Source of the DNA: Azolla caroliniana
Lineage: Eukaryota; Plantae; Polypodiophyta
Assembly (NCBI GenBank): GCA_043228905.1
Contig: JBHGNT010000004.1
Location: forward strand, 24,118,001 to 24,182,000
Reading direction: 5' to 3'
Length of the DNA: 64,000 nucleotides
This document shows positions 23,604-44,176 of the stretch, in pieces; position 1 is the first letter of the stretch; every line of letters begins with the position of its first letter. A program made the position numbers and the translations under genes. Under the pieces are notes generated by a model. That model had not been told where the DNA came from. It made no database searches and saw only the letters and a program-made list of their open reading frames with translations.

Positions 23604-24986
23604 ACTATCTATTTATAGTGCATAAGGATCACCTATCTAGTGCCTTGATCTTTGCTATTTTCTATCTTCGAAGTGGAAAGTGTTCATTTCATACTATCCA
23701 CACACATTGGGCATCCAAAATCTAAAAAACTGACTAGGGATGTTTCATTTGCTTCAAGGGACAATCCTTGGTCTCTTTGGTTCCACTGAACTATTGTATA
23801 ATTGTCAAGTTATTGTTAGTTGACGGATGGAGGGATGTGTAACCTATGAATATAATTTTGAATAAAAAAGGATATAAGGAGAAGGTTATGAAATGTGCGT
23901 ATAAGGTGGAAGCACATAAGGGTATTTTGCGAATTAGAAAGTTTGGCCCTTTAAGATATCTATCACTCACTTTGAATGTAGGATCAACTAGTATCCCTAT
24001 GTGGGCCATTTAGGAATAAAATTGGAGAAGCCGACCATCAATGTAAAAGACATGAGGGTGGAATGGGATGGGGTGTGGTAGTTGCATGAGTTATGCTAGA
24101 ATGGAGAGAGTTTCGAGCATGGTGGGTCAAATATGGTGACAAAAATGAGGAAGTTGCCGGGGTGGTGCGATCAACGACAAGCATATCTTGGGGGACCTAG
24201 TATCTACAATGGTATCATGCATTTACACTATGAGAGAAATGCAATCAGTTTGCCATTTGTAAATTGTAGTCGTAACATGGAGTGTAGTACTTCTGGAAGT
24301 GTTTCTCTACAAAACAAAACAAAATAAAATGTACTCTCCTAGCAGGCATTGCCATTATAACGAACCGACATTAAGTTTTGAAAGTATGTCCAATTCAATA
24401 GGCCATTGTTGGCCTCTTAAGAGATGTTTTGCACTATTAGTTGTCAAGTAGATTACAGAACATTGTCTTCAAAACACAGAAATATGTAAAGGGAAATTTC
24501 ATATTAATCCAATATGGAATCATGATTCTTTTCTTGGAGAGGGGAGAAAATAAGGAAAGATTGAGCAAAATTATCTCATCATCAAGATGAAGCAATGGCA
24601 ACTAGGAAGGGTTCAATTTTGGTGAAGGGTTTCGGCCCTTGTCATGGAAGTGGTTTCGGCAATTATATATATCTAGCCATATTAGGAAAACATTCATATT
24701 TCAGCTATTATATTTTTCTCCCAAAAAAACCTTCCCCCTAAATAAAATGGCTTCACAAATTTACTTAAAACACCCAGACTACTTAAAATATAACTCTTGT
24801 ATTCTAACTTTAGAATTATTCAATACGATATACAACTTTAATTTTAAAAAATGGCATTATAGATTCGTTTCCTTGAATCCTAATAACAATAATGAATGTT
24901 CCAATATATTTACAGCCTAGTTACACCATGACATGGTAAAGAAAAAAACATTTCATTGAATTGACACAAGATGATGTACTACCCTC

Positions 24987-32376
<7,390 letters not shown>

Positions 32377-32451
32377 GGGAGCTACTGCTAAAAATGGTAC
32401 CAGACTGCTACCAAAAAAAGGCCAAGATGATGATGATGACGAAATATGTAT

Positions 32452-32767
32452 GTATAGCTATGGTACTGAACAAATGGATCAAACACTGTGCATCTGTATC
32501 AGTGATATAGACAGAGTTCAGAAGATCAGCGTATAGCTATGGTACTGAACAAATGGATCAAACGCTGTCCATCTGTATCTGTGATATAGACAGAGTTCAG
32601 AAGATCAGTGTATAGCTATGGTACTGAACAAATGGATCAAACACTGTGCATCTGTATCTGTGATATAGACAGAGTTCAGAAGATCAGTGTATAGCTATGG
32701 TACTGAACAAATGGATCAAACACTGTGCATCTGTATCTGTGATATAGACAGAGTTAAGAAGATCAGC
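32452..32767. repeat. 79-bp tandem repeat x4 immediately upstream of the kinase ATG
   Basis: GTATAGCTATGGTACTGAACAAATGGATCAAAC... starts at 32452, 32531, 32610 and 32689. Confidence 0.95.
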
Positions 32768-32794
32768 CTGCAGGAGAGAAGTAAATGCATATGA

Positions 32795-32833
<39 letters not shown>

Positions 32834-33111
32834 GACAGAGAAAACAGAGGATTGGTCAAGATTTCTTCTCCTTTGACTTTGGAGTTTTATCTTTTTCTGT
32901 GAGCATTGACTTTTTCAATGCTCTGCTCTCTTCTTCTTGTTTTGCTTTTTTAAGTGTTTGAGATACATATATAATATATATATATATATATATAATACAT
33001 ATATATATATATAGCATTAGAGTTTGAATGCATTTCCCTAAGAATTCCGGAGACCGAAAGCCCCCCGGGGGTGTCAATGATTCCATATTCTCTTGACACA
33101 ACATTGCATGT

Positions 33112-33145
<34 letters not shown>

Positions 33146-34749
33146 ATGGGACATGTATGTATCTATGTATGTGCGTACTAATCTTGCCGATTGATCATTG
33201 GAGAGCATACGATCCCATCGCTTACTTTTGATCTTTGGAGAAGAGCGTTAGGATCCAATGCACGTTATATTGACGTTAATCATTTGATGGACCTGATCAA
33301 CACTTGGCCTCGATGGATGTTTATCAGAGTAAGGATTGGATGGACATTATCGACATTTTAATGGGATCTGACGTGGAGTGGAAGCCTACGATTTCACGGG
33401 ATGTCTTATCTTTAGAGCATCACAAGTTCTGAACTTGGTGGACCAGTCCCATTTGTCCACCAACAGTCGAACAAATCTGTTAAACGTCCCGAAAAGCACA
33501 AATTTTTTGTATATCCACATAATATTCCATGTAAAATGTGGTGAACTTTGATTTCTTTATTGCTTCCTTTAACTGGAAAGGAATACAAAGTTTACCCACG
33601 ATTAATGTAATTCATGGCAAAAAACTATAATGATGACTACATCAACCCCAATTGCAAACATTATAGAAATATATATTTCGCACCACATATTCAATGTATC
33701 AAACATTACAATGACGTTAATGATCCAATATTCCAAATATGCTTTTGACCTTCAAAGAATTCGCTCCACATACTCTCTCCAAAGGTCCACAAATGGTTTT
33801 TGAAATCCGTTTTTTTAAATCTTATTTATCTCGGAAAAAGGAAACCTCTTTCACATGCAGCATAATCATTATATAAATATGCATATGGTATCTCAATTAT
33901 GCCATATATTGTGTTTGGTTTTGGACATGGATAACATATGTTGACCAGTGCAAGCGTTCTATTTTGAGTATCGTGACTTATTAAAAAAAATTTCACATGT
34001 CATGTGACATTTTTAAAGACCTTTGACGGCGGAAAAGTCCCAGTGTTTATGGTGAATGTCGTTGAGGTAGGGTATGGGAACATTATTTATATCCACGACG
34101 GAGTTAGAATATCAAGAAATTTTGAGCGATGATACTTGAGATATTTGCCACCGCACTAAGGTTGAACCAGTCTTCTAGTGTGCTAGTTATATATATCATA
34201 TATAGAAAAAAATCTTGGTTTCATTTTTTTAGTATAAATTAGCACTAAAATGCACGAGTATTATCACATTTGTATTTTACTAAAACAATTTCATTTATAG
34301 TTGTAACACCCATATTTTATGACCTTAAGATTCGTTTAAAAAACCGGGTCTTATGCTACATTCATTATCCAACTTTTGTGCATTTTAATTATTGATCGTG
34401 CACACCATAATAGCCACATACGTGTTTTTGATTATATACTTTTCACTATAAACAACTCCCATGATCTCAAACCCACACACAATGACAATTAACGTCTTAT
34501 CAACATACTCATTAAGAGTGAGATCAATATGCAAACCAATTATTTTGCAAACTATAGTGGTACAATCAATTTTAACAAAGAATTAGCACCTAAAACACAA
34601 TGTTGAAGAAAAGGTCAAGCCTTGAGGAGTATGACTTATAGGGCATTCAAATACGTTTTTGTCACATTTTTAATCATTTCCTCTTATCAAATGGCTCTAC
34701 AGAGTCATTTTTGGCATGTGAGCCGAGGAGTTGAAAACAATAACATTGT

Positions 34750-35950
34750 AATATTGCTAATAAATTTCCTTACTGCTAATGATGTCATTCAATGATCCTC
34801 ATATGGCATCTTCAATAATATCCTCTACTTGTAAATTATATTCTACAAGTTGCAATGAAATGGGAACAAATTTTTTTTGCATTTCCATTAGGACAATGTA
34901 TCTTCTACAACAACTAAGTTGCAATGGACCATATGTGAACCTACGTATATAGAGCTTCATGAGACCAAGAGAACCAAGCAAATTATTGTTATTATTATTG
35001 TCCTTCTTATTGAAAGTTGGAAATAGATAGGTATGAGGAAGCCCATGGACCATCATCTCAAGGAGCCTTCACCTTTCGGCTTCCAAATTGGTGTTCTTTC
35101 ACTTCAACTTGGTAGGAGAACTTGTCACATTTATTGCCAAAGGATACCGTAAGTGTCTAATAATAGAGACTATTCTCACCATGAAATCTCACCATCCTAG
35201 ACATTCCAGGAAACCACTCATTACATAAGATGAGGCAAGACATTCCCCATGGCAAATAATATGTAATCCAAACACCAAGCTAATTTGGTTTCATACATAC
35301 ATCTCTTTCTCAAGATTATCATGTGAGGCTTGTAGAAACATAAAAGAATCATCTGCCAAAGCTTGTGTTACTAGTTGTCCCCCGTGTTTGATATAATTTT
35401 TAGGAGGAAGCTTTATTACTAAAATCAGATGGCACCATCCATTAGGGTTAAACTTGTATGTTCTAGAAGAAAGTGATCCATGCACTCTATTTCTTATGTT
35501 TGCAACCTGAATTTTCATTTGATGTGCACTATTTAAAGTATGATGGAGTTGAGAGTCTAGATTAAGCACCAATATCGAGAACTTACATCAAGCAAATGGG
35601 AAATTCTAATTGAATATTGAGCAAATACATGAAATGGGCACATAAGCATTGACTTTAATTTTAGTAGTGATGTAGGATTGATATAATATCATGATCATGT
35701 AACAAGGGATGAGAAATATTAAAAAACCTTGTAAGGTAATGCATGATAGAGGAGGAAAAAGAGTGACCAAAACAATTAAATGGTAATGCATTTAAGAATT
35801 TTGCCTTTATATTGTAGTTTGCAACCTTTCGAGAAGCTTCAAATTTGGAGGGCCCAATCTTAATTGCTTGTTCGAAAACCATTAGATGTCTATACAATCA
35901 TCATGTGTATTTTCAAAAACATGATAAAGTCTCTCATGCAAACAAAAAAA
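34750..35950 (-). pseudogene. Highly decayed non-LTR (LINE) reverse transcriptase fragment
   Basis: QLVTQALADDSFMFL resembles the LINE RT (Y/F)ADD motif. Surrounding frames are broken and the boundaries are approximate. Confidence 0.45.
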
Positions 35951-36817
35951 TGTAAAATGAATATCCATATTTGTTTCTTAGAAGAATAACAATATAGGGC
36001 ATTGACTTTTTGGCAAAAAGGCTTTAGAAAAAAGTGAACACACTTGTCAGTAAGCTAGAAAGATGAAGAAGAAAAAGCACATTTTTGATATAAAAGGAAA
36101 GGGACAACTCTATACTCATTCACACCTTGAAAGGGGAGTCTTCATCCAAATGGATTGCAAGTTGAAGTAGATGGCATGTTGCTCATAAAGGATATACATG
36201 TTGTTTGAAAACACATGGTAGAGATGGAACTTTTAAGTTGGTTCAATGAGATTGATGGCATTTGTGACAATAATAGCTATGGTTATGGTAAAAGAAAGTT
36301 CTTAAGTAAAGGATCCATAGGAAAGGTATAATGGTTTTAGTTGTACACGCATACAGATGTACCTTAAGTATATTCGATGTGTATGTATGCATTTACATAT
36401 ATTAATGCATATATCTATAAATGGATATGTGATAATTCTATATCTTTGTATTGATTGATTGATAAATAGGTACTATGTAGGTAGATGTGTATATGCATAG
36501 AGACCTAATGGTACTATGATGTGCAACAACTTCATTGCCATATCTTTGTGTACAATCTTTTGGCAATATATGTTTTCCTAGTAGCCACCATGAGCAGATC
36601 TTTGTCTTGCTTCTTACAACATAATTTTTTTCTTGTGTTAAAACCACTTGTTATAATCGTCTCTCATGCCACCCATTAATTGTACGAAGCTCCACTATGT
36701 GATGGTTCATGAGCTTATCTTGAACTTTTTGTGAGCACTATTAACTTCAAACAAGGTAATATGAGAGTATTCAACTTTTCTTAATGAAGATCCCGTAGCA
36801 ACTACTGAACACGGGAC

Positions 36818-37205
36818 TAGCAGTCTGCAACGGTTCGGTTTGAACCGAATCGAATCGCGAAACTGCGACGTAACAACTTAACGATTTAAACGGCTCGGTT
36901 CGGTTTCCATAGTTAAAAACTGTGGTTTAAACGGTTTAACTATTTTTATTTTTTTAATCTTAAATATATTTTTTAAACAATATTTTCATTTTCAAACCTT
37001 ATTCTCACATTTTAGGATACTCTTTAAAAATTTTAAAAATTAAAATTGAAAATAATAAAATATTTTAAATTCTTAAATTATTAAGTTTTTAAATTTTAAA
37101 AAATTTTAATTTTAATTTTGACCTAAGTTGAAAACTGAAACCAAACCGCACTTTCGACGTTTTCTAAACGATTTCGTGGTTCGGTCAAGTTTCAAAAAGA
37201 TTTAA
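36818..37205. mobile_element. Second hAT-like MITE copy (inverted relative to 3420-3847), truncated
   Basis: Starts TAGCAGTCTGCAACGGTTCGG. Core CCTTATTCTCACATTTT is the reverse complement of AAAATGTGAGAATAAGG at ~3655. Confidence 0.75.
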
Positions 37206-37230
37206 CCTAGTCTAGCTCAACCTAGTCTAG

Positions 37231-37503
37231 TGTGTGAACACACCCTTGAGAGTGTGCACTCAAAGGTCAAAAGTCACCACTCTTATCTACACATTAACTA
37301 TATGTCATAGAATCATATTCTATGACACATAACTAATGAGTTTTTACCTTCCCCATGACCCACGAGCTTCGGTAATTAATGAAGAGAGAGAGTGACTATA
37401 TAAAGCACTCTCCTCCTACTTTGTAATTAGGTCGATTAATCTCCTTTGTAAGATACATCTTCTTGAGTATTCTATTGTTGTTCAAATCTATCTATCTTGT
37501 GTT

Positions 37504-37561
<58 letters not shown>

Positions 37562-38277
37562 TCACACTCACACTCACACTCACAACACATATCTCTAGTC
37601 TATTCCGCTGCACAAGAATCACCATCGATTCTTTACATGGTATCAGAGCGGTTTGGTAGCTTGATCTCGCCCATACACATGTGTTGAGCTCTATGCCGAC
37701 ATTCAAGAAGAACTGGCTCATTGCTATCGTAGTACGACTACATAACTCGTATTCAAGAGAGAAGAAGAAGGAAGAAATCTACATCGAACACCATGAATAC
37801 TCAAATGGAGAGTGCTCTCCCTAGCGAGAAGTTGGACTGAAACAACTTCGCATCTTGGGAGTACAAGATGCATCAATACCTTGTCGGTCAAGGCTATTGG
37901 AGCTACATCAAAGGAGCACAAGAAAACCGGCCCGACCCGAAAGACGCCGACTATGCAACATGGAAGCAAGTGGCGAGTCGAGTAATGTATTGCTTGGCGA
38001 CATGTGTTCACGACCACATGCTCGGTTACATTCGAGAAGCCGAGACACCGAAGGAAGCGTGGGAAAATCTACGAAAGATTTTCGCCGCCTACACGACCGC
38101 GAGGAAGCTTCAACTCCGCCAGGAGTTGAACAACATCCAACAAAGGGATATTTCCATCACAAGCTACACCTTGAAGATCAAGGAGTTTTGTGATGCACTC
38201 AGCTCGTCAATGTGGAGGATGACGAAATGATGCAAATATGCCTCGACGGCCTTGCACCATGATTCAGCACGATGCTG
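37231..38277 (+). mobile_element. Ty1/Copia 5' LTR, PBS and gag start, interrupted by Gypsy
   Basis: LTR ends CTTTACA at 37637 and PBS TGGTATCAGAGC (tRNA-iMet) follows at 37638-37649. Gag LPSEKL...WEYKMHQYLVGQGYWSY is related to the gag at 52434. The LTR start is approximate. Confidence 0.8.
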
Positions 38278-38831
38278 TGTCGTGTTATTTTGCACGCGCA
38301 GAAGAAACCAAGGCGAGACCGCGGGGGCCCTGAATCAGGGAATAACCGGACGAAGGGAGGAGCGACACTAAACCACGGCCGAGCTGCACGCACAAATACA
38401 CAGAGAACTCACAATGAAGATCGAACAACGAATAAGGCAAATATATACTTATGATCAAGATTACGTCCGGCTAGCCGGTGAGCGTGAACGCGCAGACACC
38501 AACCCACACAATGCACACAGACAACGCGAGATGGAGCCTCTGACGGAAGCACTTGGGCTTTCCACGATGCAAAGGCAACCTTCCAAAACTTGCAGAGAAC
38601 AATGAAAGACAGAGGAGAAGAGCTCGGTCCCAGTTCGACAACACTTCGTCCTTGATAACGCGATACCCACTCAGTCCCTTTTCCTCTCCTTTTATAGCCC
38701 AAGGAGAGAGAGATGTTACAGTCTATTACGTCACTTTTATTCTCTGTCCTTTCGGATAGAGATACTCCTCGATTCCCTACCTAATGAATATGTGCTACCT
38801 AGGAGATTCACATCGCCGATTAGTACCAAAC

Positions 38832-41800
38832 TGTTGGTAATCGACGCTTCGATTCACCTTCTTCGTTCGGCCACAACCGAGTAATCGCGGATCAATGCAG
38901 CAGAAAATAGGAACCAAAGAGAGAAACACACGAGTACACAGGGATTAACGTGGAAAACCCTAGATGGGAAAAACCACGGGAGTACAAGACTCCAAACAAC
39001 ACTATACAAAGAGAAGTATACAATGACGAGCTCTAAGGCGACGACCTTGAGCTCGCTGTCCTCGCCACAGGCGGCGGAAATACACAGAGGCGTCGTTCGT
39101 CCTCTTCCTCTCTCGCGCTCTATCTCTCTCTCTCTCTCTCACGGCTGCTCCCTCTTCACTCCTCTTGAGTGGAAAAACAGAAAAATGATAAGCAACAACA
39201 AAACAGTTTGCCCTAAGTCATATTTATACTTATATGACTTTGGGCTATTTACAACTGTAGCCTCAGGGGCCCATAGCGAACATATTCACGGATATGTCCC
39301 TGCATCCGGATCGCTCTCCGGGTACATTCGTCATCCGGTACCGAAACCGGGGTCTTCGTCATCCGGATCCGAAACCGAAACCGGGCTTGTCGGCATTCAT
39401 CTCCGACATCCGACCATCCCATGCGAAAGGGACCGTAATCCCAACAAACTCCCCCTTCACTTCGGCATGGGATGTCTCTCCAATCCGATCCTCTTCCGGC
39501 ATGCTTCCAGCTTGTCGGGTGTGAGGACCTTGGTCAGCATATCCGACCCGTTCTCGTCCGTGTGGATCTTTGTCAGCACGAACTCCTTGTCTTCTATCCT
39601 TTCCCGGATCCAGTGATATCTTCGCTGGATGTGCTTCGTCCGGGAGTGATAGGCCGCGTTCTTCGCAAGGTGGATTGCACTCTGACTGTCGCAGTAGAGT
39701 CGGTACTCCTCCTGTCGGATACCGAGCTCTCTAATGAAGTCCTTCATCCATATTATTTCCTTGCCGGCTTCAACAGCCGCCATGTACTCCGCCTCCGTGG
39801 TTGACAGCGCAACCGTCTTCTGCAGCCTCGACTGCCATGAGACAGCTCCCCCTGCATACGTCATCACATACCCTGATGTGGACCGACTGGTATCTGCATC
39901 AGCCGACATATCCGAATCGGTAAAGCCGTCGAGTTCGGGCTTTCCGGAGCCGAATCGGAGGCACACGTTTGCCGTGCCCTTCAGGTATCGGAGTATCCAC
40001 TTGGCCGCGTTCCAATGCTCTTTGCCGGGATTGCTCATGTACCGACTCACCACTCCGACTGCATATCCGATGTCCGGTCTCGTACACACCATGGCGTACA
40101 TCAAGCTCCCGACGGCTGAGGCATACGGCACTTTCATCATATCCTCCTTTCCAGCCTTTGTCTTGGGGCTTTGCTTGCTGGACAGCTTGCAGTTTGCCGG
40201 GAGGGTCGATCCGACCGGTCTTGCTTCCGACATGTTAAACCGGTGAAGCACCTTCGTCACGTACTTTTCCTGTGACAGCCACAACTGCTTCTTCTTCCGG
40301 TCCCGGATGATGTGCATCCCTAGTATTTGCCTCGCCGGACCCAGGTCCTTCATTGCGAAGGTTCGGTGAAGAGCCTTCTTCAGCATCCGTATCTTGACCT
40401 GGTCCCGTCCGACGATCAACATGTCGTCCACGTACAGGAGGAGTATTAGAAAGTCTCCTCCTTCGAACTTCTTCACAAACACGCAGTGGTCGGACTGCGT
40501 TTTGAGGTACCCTTCGTCGGTCATGAAGGAGTCGAACTTCCGGTACCATTGCCGGGGAGCCTGCTTCAGTCCGTAAAGGCTCTTCTTCAACCGGCATACC
40601 AGGTGCTCCTTCCCTTTCTTCTCGAATCCTTCCGGTTGCTGCATGTAGATCTCTTCATCGAGGTCGCCGTGAAGGAATGCCGTCTTCACGTCCATCTGTT
40701 CTACCTCGAGGTCCATGCTTGCCGCTATGCTCAGCACCGTCCGGATGGAGGTCATCTTCACTACCGGGGCAAATATCTCGTCGAAGTCGACGCCCTTCTT
40801 CTGCTGAAACCCCTTCACCACGATCCTGGCTTTGTATCTCGGGGGTTTTCCGGCATCTCCCGGTTTCAGCTTGAACACCCACTTGTTTCGAAGTGCCCGC
40901 TTTCCTTTCGGCAACTCCACAAGTTCATATGTGTGGTTCTCATGCAGGGAATCCATCTCGTCCTGCATGGCACTCAACCACCTGCGGCTCTGGGTGTCAT
41001 GCTTCGCTTCTTCAAAGCTCTCCGGCTCCCCCTCGTCGGTTAGCAGCACGTGCTCTGGTTCCGGAAATCTCCGGGGGGCCCTTCTCTCTCTTAGAGGATA
41101 TCTTCGTTCCGGAGCTTCGGTAACCGGTTCTTCCGATTCTTCTTCATCCGAATCCATTTCGGGATCGGGGCCGGTTCCGGTATCATTTTCATCTTCTTCG
41201 GCCGGTTCTGTTTCTTCACCATCTTCGGCCGGATCCTCGAGTGCTAACCGGTCCCTTGCCGGTCGGGACTGCTCCTCGTAGAGTTGATCCTCACCGGTCG
41301 ACTTGGAGCTCTTCATCTTCTTCTCCGATTCCCAGTCGGCGAGTGTCTTGTCCTCCATGAAGATGATGTCTCGACTCCTGAATATCTTCTTGTCGACCGG
41401 GTCCCATACTCGGTAGCCGAACTCGTCGTCGCCGTAACCGAGGAATATGCATGGCCGGGTCTTCGGATCTAGCTTTCCTCTCCGGTCCTTTGCCACATGC
41501 ACGTATGCGAGACACCCGAACACCTTCAGATGCCGGTAGGACACTTCCTTACCGGTCCACACTTTCTGCGGCGTGTCTCCATCCAAAGGCACTGAGGGTG
41601 ATCTGTTTATCACGTATGTCGCCGTCGACATTGCCTCAGCCCAAAACCCCTTGGGTAATTTCGCATGCGCCAGCATACTCCGGACCCGCTCCATTATGGT
41701 CCGGTTCATCCTCTCAGCCAGCCCGTTTAGTTCCGGCGTCTTCGGCACAGTAAACTTGAGCCGGATTCCCTTCGAGCGACAGTACTCCTGGAACTGCCCC

Positions 41801-44176
41801 CGGTACTCCCCTCCGTTATCCGCTCGTATCGCTTTCAGCTTGTTGCCGGATTCCCTTTCCACTCTCGCGTGGAGTTCTTTGAAGACGCACAACACTTGGT
41901 CCTTTGTCTTCAGCGGTGCCGTCCACAGCTTCCGGCTGTGATCATCAATGAATGTTACGAAGTACTGGGCTCCGCCATGTGACTTCGTTTCTACCTGACA
42001 CACATCAGTGTGCACCAACTCCAATGGTGCGCTACGTCTCGTCGGTGGCCTTGAGTGGAAAGAGGTTCGGTTCTGCTTACCGGCCAGGCAATCGGTGCAC
42101 TTCTCCAGGTGCACATGCTTCACTGGGATAAGGTTGTCTTCTGCAAGCCTCTTCATCCCCTTCTCACTCATGTGGCACAGTCTCTTGTGCCACAGCTCAC
42201 CGGCAGTGTCGGCTGCCACATTCAGCTCTTCCGGACATAACCGGGCATTCATCAGGTACAATGTGTTGTCTTTCCGGGCCCGAGCCACTATCAGGCTCCC
42301 CTTGCTGAACTTCATTACGCCGTTCCGGATGCTACTTGTGTAGCCTTCATCGTCTAGCCTCTCGGCCGAAATCAGGTTCAATCGAACCTCCGGAACATGT
42401 CGGACATCCTTCAGCAGCATTTTGCATCCGGTCGGGGTTGTCAACCACACGTCTCCGATGCCGGCAATCCGGCACGTACCTTCATTTCCCATCCGAACAC
42501 AGCCATGCTCACCGGCTGTGTAGGATGAGAAGTATCTTCTCTCCGGGGTCAGGTGGAACGATGCTCCGGAATCGACCACCCAGGTCGTCTCATCGCCGGC
42601 AACATTTAGCTCACCTTCTTCGGTGATGAGCATGATCTCTTCCTCACTTGCCGCGAGTGCCGTTGTTCCTTTCCGGTCCTGCCCTCGCCGATCCGAACCT
42701 CTCCGGTCCGTGGCTCCCCGGTATGCACCGTTTCTCTCCGGTGACTTCTTCGAGTCGGTGTCGTCGGCTCCGTTGTCTTTTCGGTAATGCCGACAATTCT
42801 TTCGGAAGTGCCCCGGCTTCCCACAGTGGAAGCATGTGGGTCTTCCTCTTGACTGCGACTGGGTCCCCGACTTCTCCCGTCTTTGCGGACTCCGGTTCCA
42901 TTGTCTTCCCCGATCCGATTCGGTAAGCAGCGCCTTCGAGTCGGAGGCCGGTTCTTTGTCTCTCCGACGCGCTTCTTCGTTCAAAATACTTGTCTTTACC
43001 GTTTGCAAGGACAAGTTATCTTCTGTGCAGGAGGTGCTGAGAGTCACCACCAAGTTCTCCCAGCTTTCCGGCAATGTACACATCAGGATGATGGCTTGCA
43101 TTGCATCCTCCAACGGGAACTTGATCGCCGCAAGCTGATTCACGAATCCCATGAACGTGCTTACGTGTTCAACCATACTCTCGCCGTCCCGGTACTTGAG
43201 ATTCACTATCTTCCTCATCAGGGAGGTCCGGTTCAACGCATTCTTCCTCTCATAGAGGCCCGACAGCTTCTTCCACATCTCATATGCGTTGGTGTCGTTC
43301 GCCACATGTTGTAGGACGCTTACATCGACATATTGTCGGATCGTCGCTACGGCTTTCCGGTTCAGGAGCTTCCACTCCGACTCAAGTACCCCTTTCGGTA
43401 TTTCCGACCTGTCAATCGGTTCGTACAGGTCCCGAACAATCAGAAGATCCTCCATCTTGATCTTCCAGTCGGCGTAATTCTGCGCATTCAGCACCATCAT
43501 ACCCGGCTGCCCGCTGCCGCCGCCTTCCATTTTCTGCAGCAACCTTGCTCTGATACCAGTTTGTTGGTAATCGACGCTTCGATTCACCTTCTTCGTTCGG
43601 CCACAACCGAGTAATCGCGGATCAATGCAGCAGAAAATAGGAACCAAAGAGAGAAACACACGAGTACACAGGGATTAACGTGGAAAACCCTAGATGGGAA
43701 AAACCACGGGAGTACAAGACTCCAAACAACACTATACAAAGAGAAGTATACAATGACGAGCTCTAAGGCGACGACCTTGAGCTCGCTGTCCTCGCCACAG
43801 GCGGCGGAAATACACAGAGGCGTCGTTCGTCCTCTTCCTCTCTCGCGCTCTATCTCTCTCTCTCTCTCTCACGGCTGCTCCCTCTTCACTCCTCTTGAGT
43901 GGAAAAACAGAAAAATGATAAGCAACAACAAAACAGTTTGCCCTAAGTCATATTTATACTTATATGACTTTGGGCTATTTACAACTGTAGCCTCAGGGGC
44001 CCATAGCGAACATATTCACGGATATGTCCCTGCATCCGGATCGCTCTCCGGGTACATTCGTCATCCGGTACCGAAACCGGGGTCTTCGTCATCCGGATCC
44101 GAAACCGAAACCGGGCTTGTCGGCATTCATCTCCGACATCCGACCATCCCATGCGAAAGGGACCGTAATCCCAACA
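38832..44176 (-). mobile_element. Intact Ty1/Copia (Tnt1/Tork-like) retrotransposon
   Basis: 615-bp LTRs at 38832-39446 and 43562-44176, with no differences seen. TSD CAAAC (38827-38831, 44177-44181), PBS tRNA-iMet at 43547-43558, PPT AGGGGGAG. Confidence 0.97.
39457..43530 (-). CDS. Copia gag-pol polyprotein, 1357 aa, uninterrupted
   Basis: CFHCGKPGHFRKNC knuckle, VVDSGASFH protease, HKRLCH/CTDC plus DDE integrase, LYVDDML RT and DSDM...TEAEY RNaseH. First ATG downstream of the PBS is at 43530. Confidence 0.96.
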   Translation of the reverse strand: MEGGGSGQPGMMVLNAQNYADWKIKMEDLLIVRDLYEPIDRSEIPKGVLESEWKLLNRKAVATIRQYVDVSVLQHVANDTNAYEMWKKLSGLYERKNALNRTSLMRKIVNLKYRDGESMVEHVSTFMGFVNQLAAIKFPLEDAMQAIILMCTLPESWENLVVTLSTSCTEDNLSLQTVKTSILNEEARRRDKEPASDSKALLTESDRGRQWNRSPQRREKSGTQSQSRGRPTCFHCGKPGHFRKNCRHYRKDNGADDTDSKKSPERNGAYRGATDRRGSDRRGQDRKGTTALAASEEEIMLITEEGELNVAGDETTWVVDSGASFHLTPERRYFSSYTAGEHGCVRMGNEGTCRIAGIGDVWLTTPTGCKMLLKDVRHVPEVRLNLISAERLDDEGYTSSIRNGVMKFSKGSLIVARARKDNTLYLMNARLCPEELNVAADTAGELWHKRLCHMSEKGMKRLAEDNLIPVKHVHLEKCTDCLAGKQNRTSFHSRPPTRRSAPLELVHTDVCQVETKSHGGAQYFVTFIDDHSRKLWTAPLKTKDQVLCVFKELHARVERESGNKLKAIRADNGGEYRGQFQEYCRSKGIRLKFTVPKTPELNGLAERMNRTIMERVRSMLAHAKLPKGFWAEAMSTATYVINRSPSVPLDGDTPQKVWTGKEVSYRHLKVFGCLAYVHVAKDRRGKLDPKTRPCIFLGYGDDEFGYRVWDPVDKKIFRSRDIIFMEDKTLADWESEKKMKSSKSTGEDQLYEEQSRPARDRLALEDPAEDGEETEPAEEDENDTGTGPDPEMDSDEEESEEPVTEAPERRYPLRERRAPRRFPEPEHVLLTDEGEPESFEEAKHDTQSRRWLSAMQDEMDSLHENHTYELVELPKGKRALRNKWVFKLKPGDAGKPPRYKARIVVKGFQQKKGVDFDEIFAPVVKMTSIRTVLSIAASMDLEVEQMDVKTAFLHGDLDEEIYMQQPEGFEKKGKEHLVCRLKKSLYGLKQAPRQWYRKFDSFMTDEGYLKTQSDHCVFVKKFEGGDFLILLLYVDDMLIVGRDQVKIRMLKKALHRTFAMKDLGPARQILGMHIIRDRKKKQLWLSQEKYVTKVLHRFNMSEARPVGSTLPANCKLSSKQSPKTKAGKEDMMKVPYASAVGSLMYAMVCTRPDIGYAVGVVSRYMSNPGKEHWNAAKWILRYLKGTANVCLRFGSGKPELDGFTDSDMSADADTSRSTSGYVMTYAGGAVSWQSRLQKTVALSTTEAEYMAAVEAGKEIIWMKDFIRELGIRQEEYRLYCDSQSAIHLAKNAAYHSRTKHIQRRYHWIRERIEDKEFVLTKIHTDENGSDMLTKVLTPDKLEACRKRIGLERHPMPK

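Noticed and set aside
32452-32767. CRISPR-like array
   Set aside because: Simple 79-bp head-to-tail repeats without spacers.
39023-39616. 197-aa and 154-aa antisense ORFs in the Copia LTRs
   Set aside because: No recognisable motif. They recur only because the LTR is duplicated, and GC-rich DNA gives long spurious frames.
43531-43659. N-terminal 43 aa of the 1400-aa ORF
   Set aside because: Non-ATG start running through the LTR and PBS. The likely start is ATG 43530.
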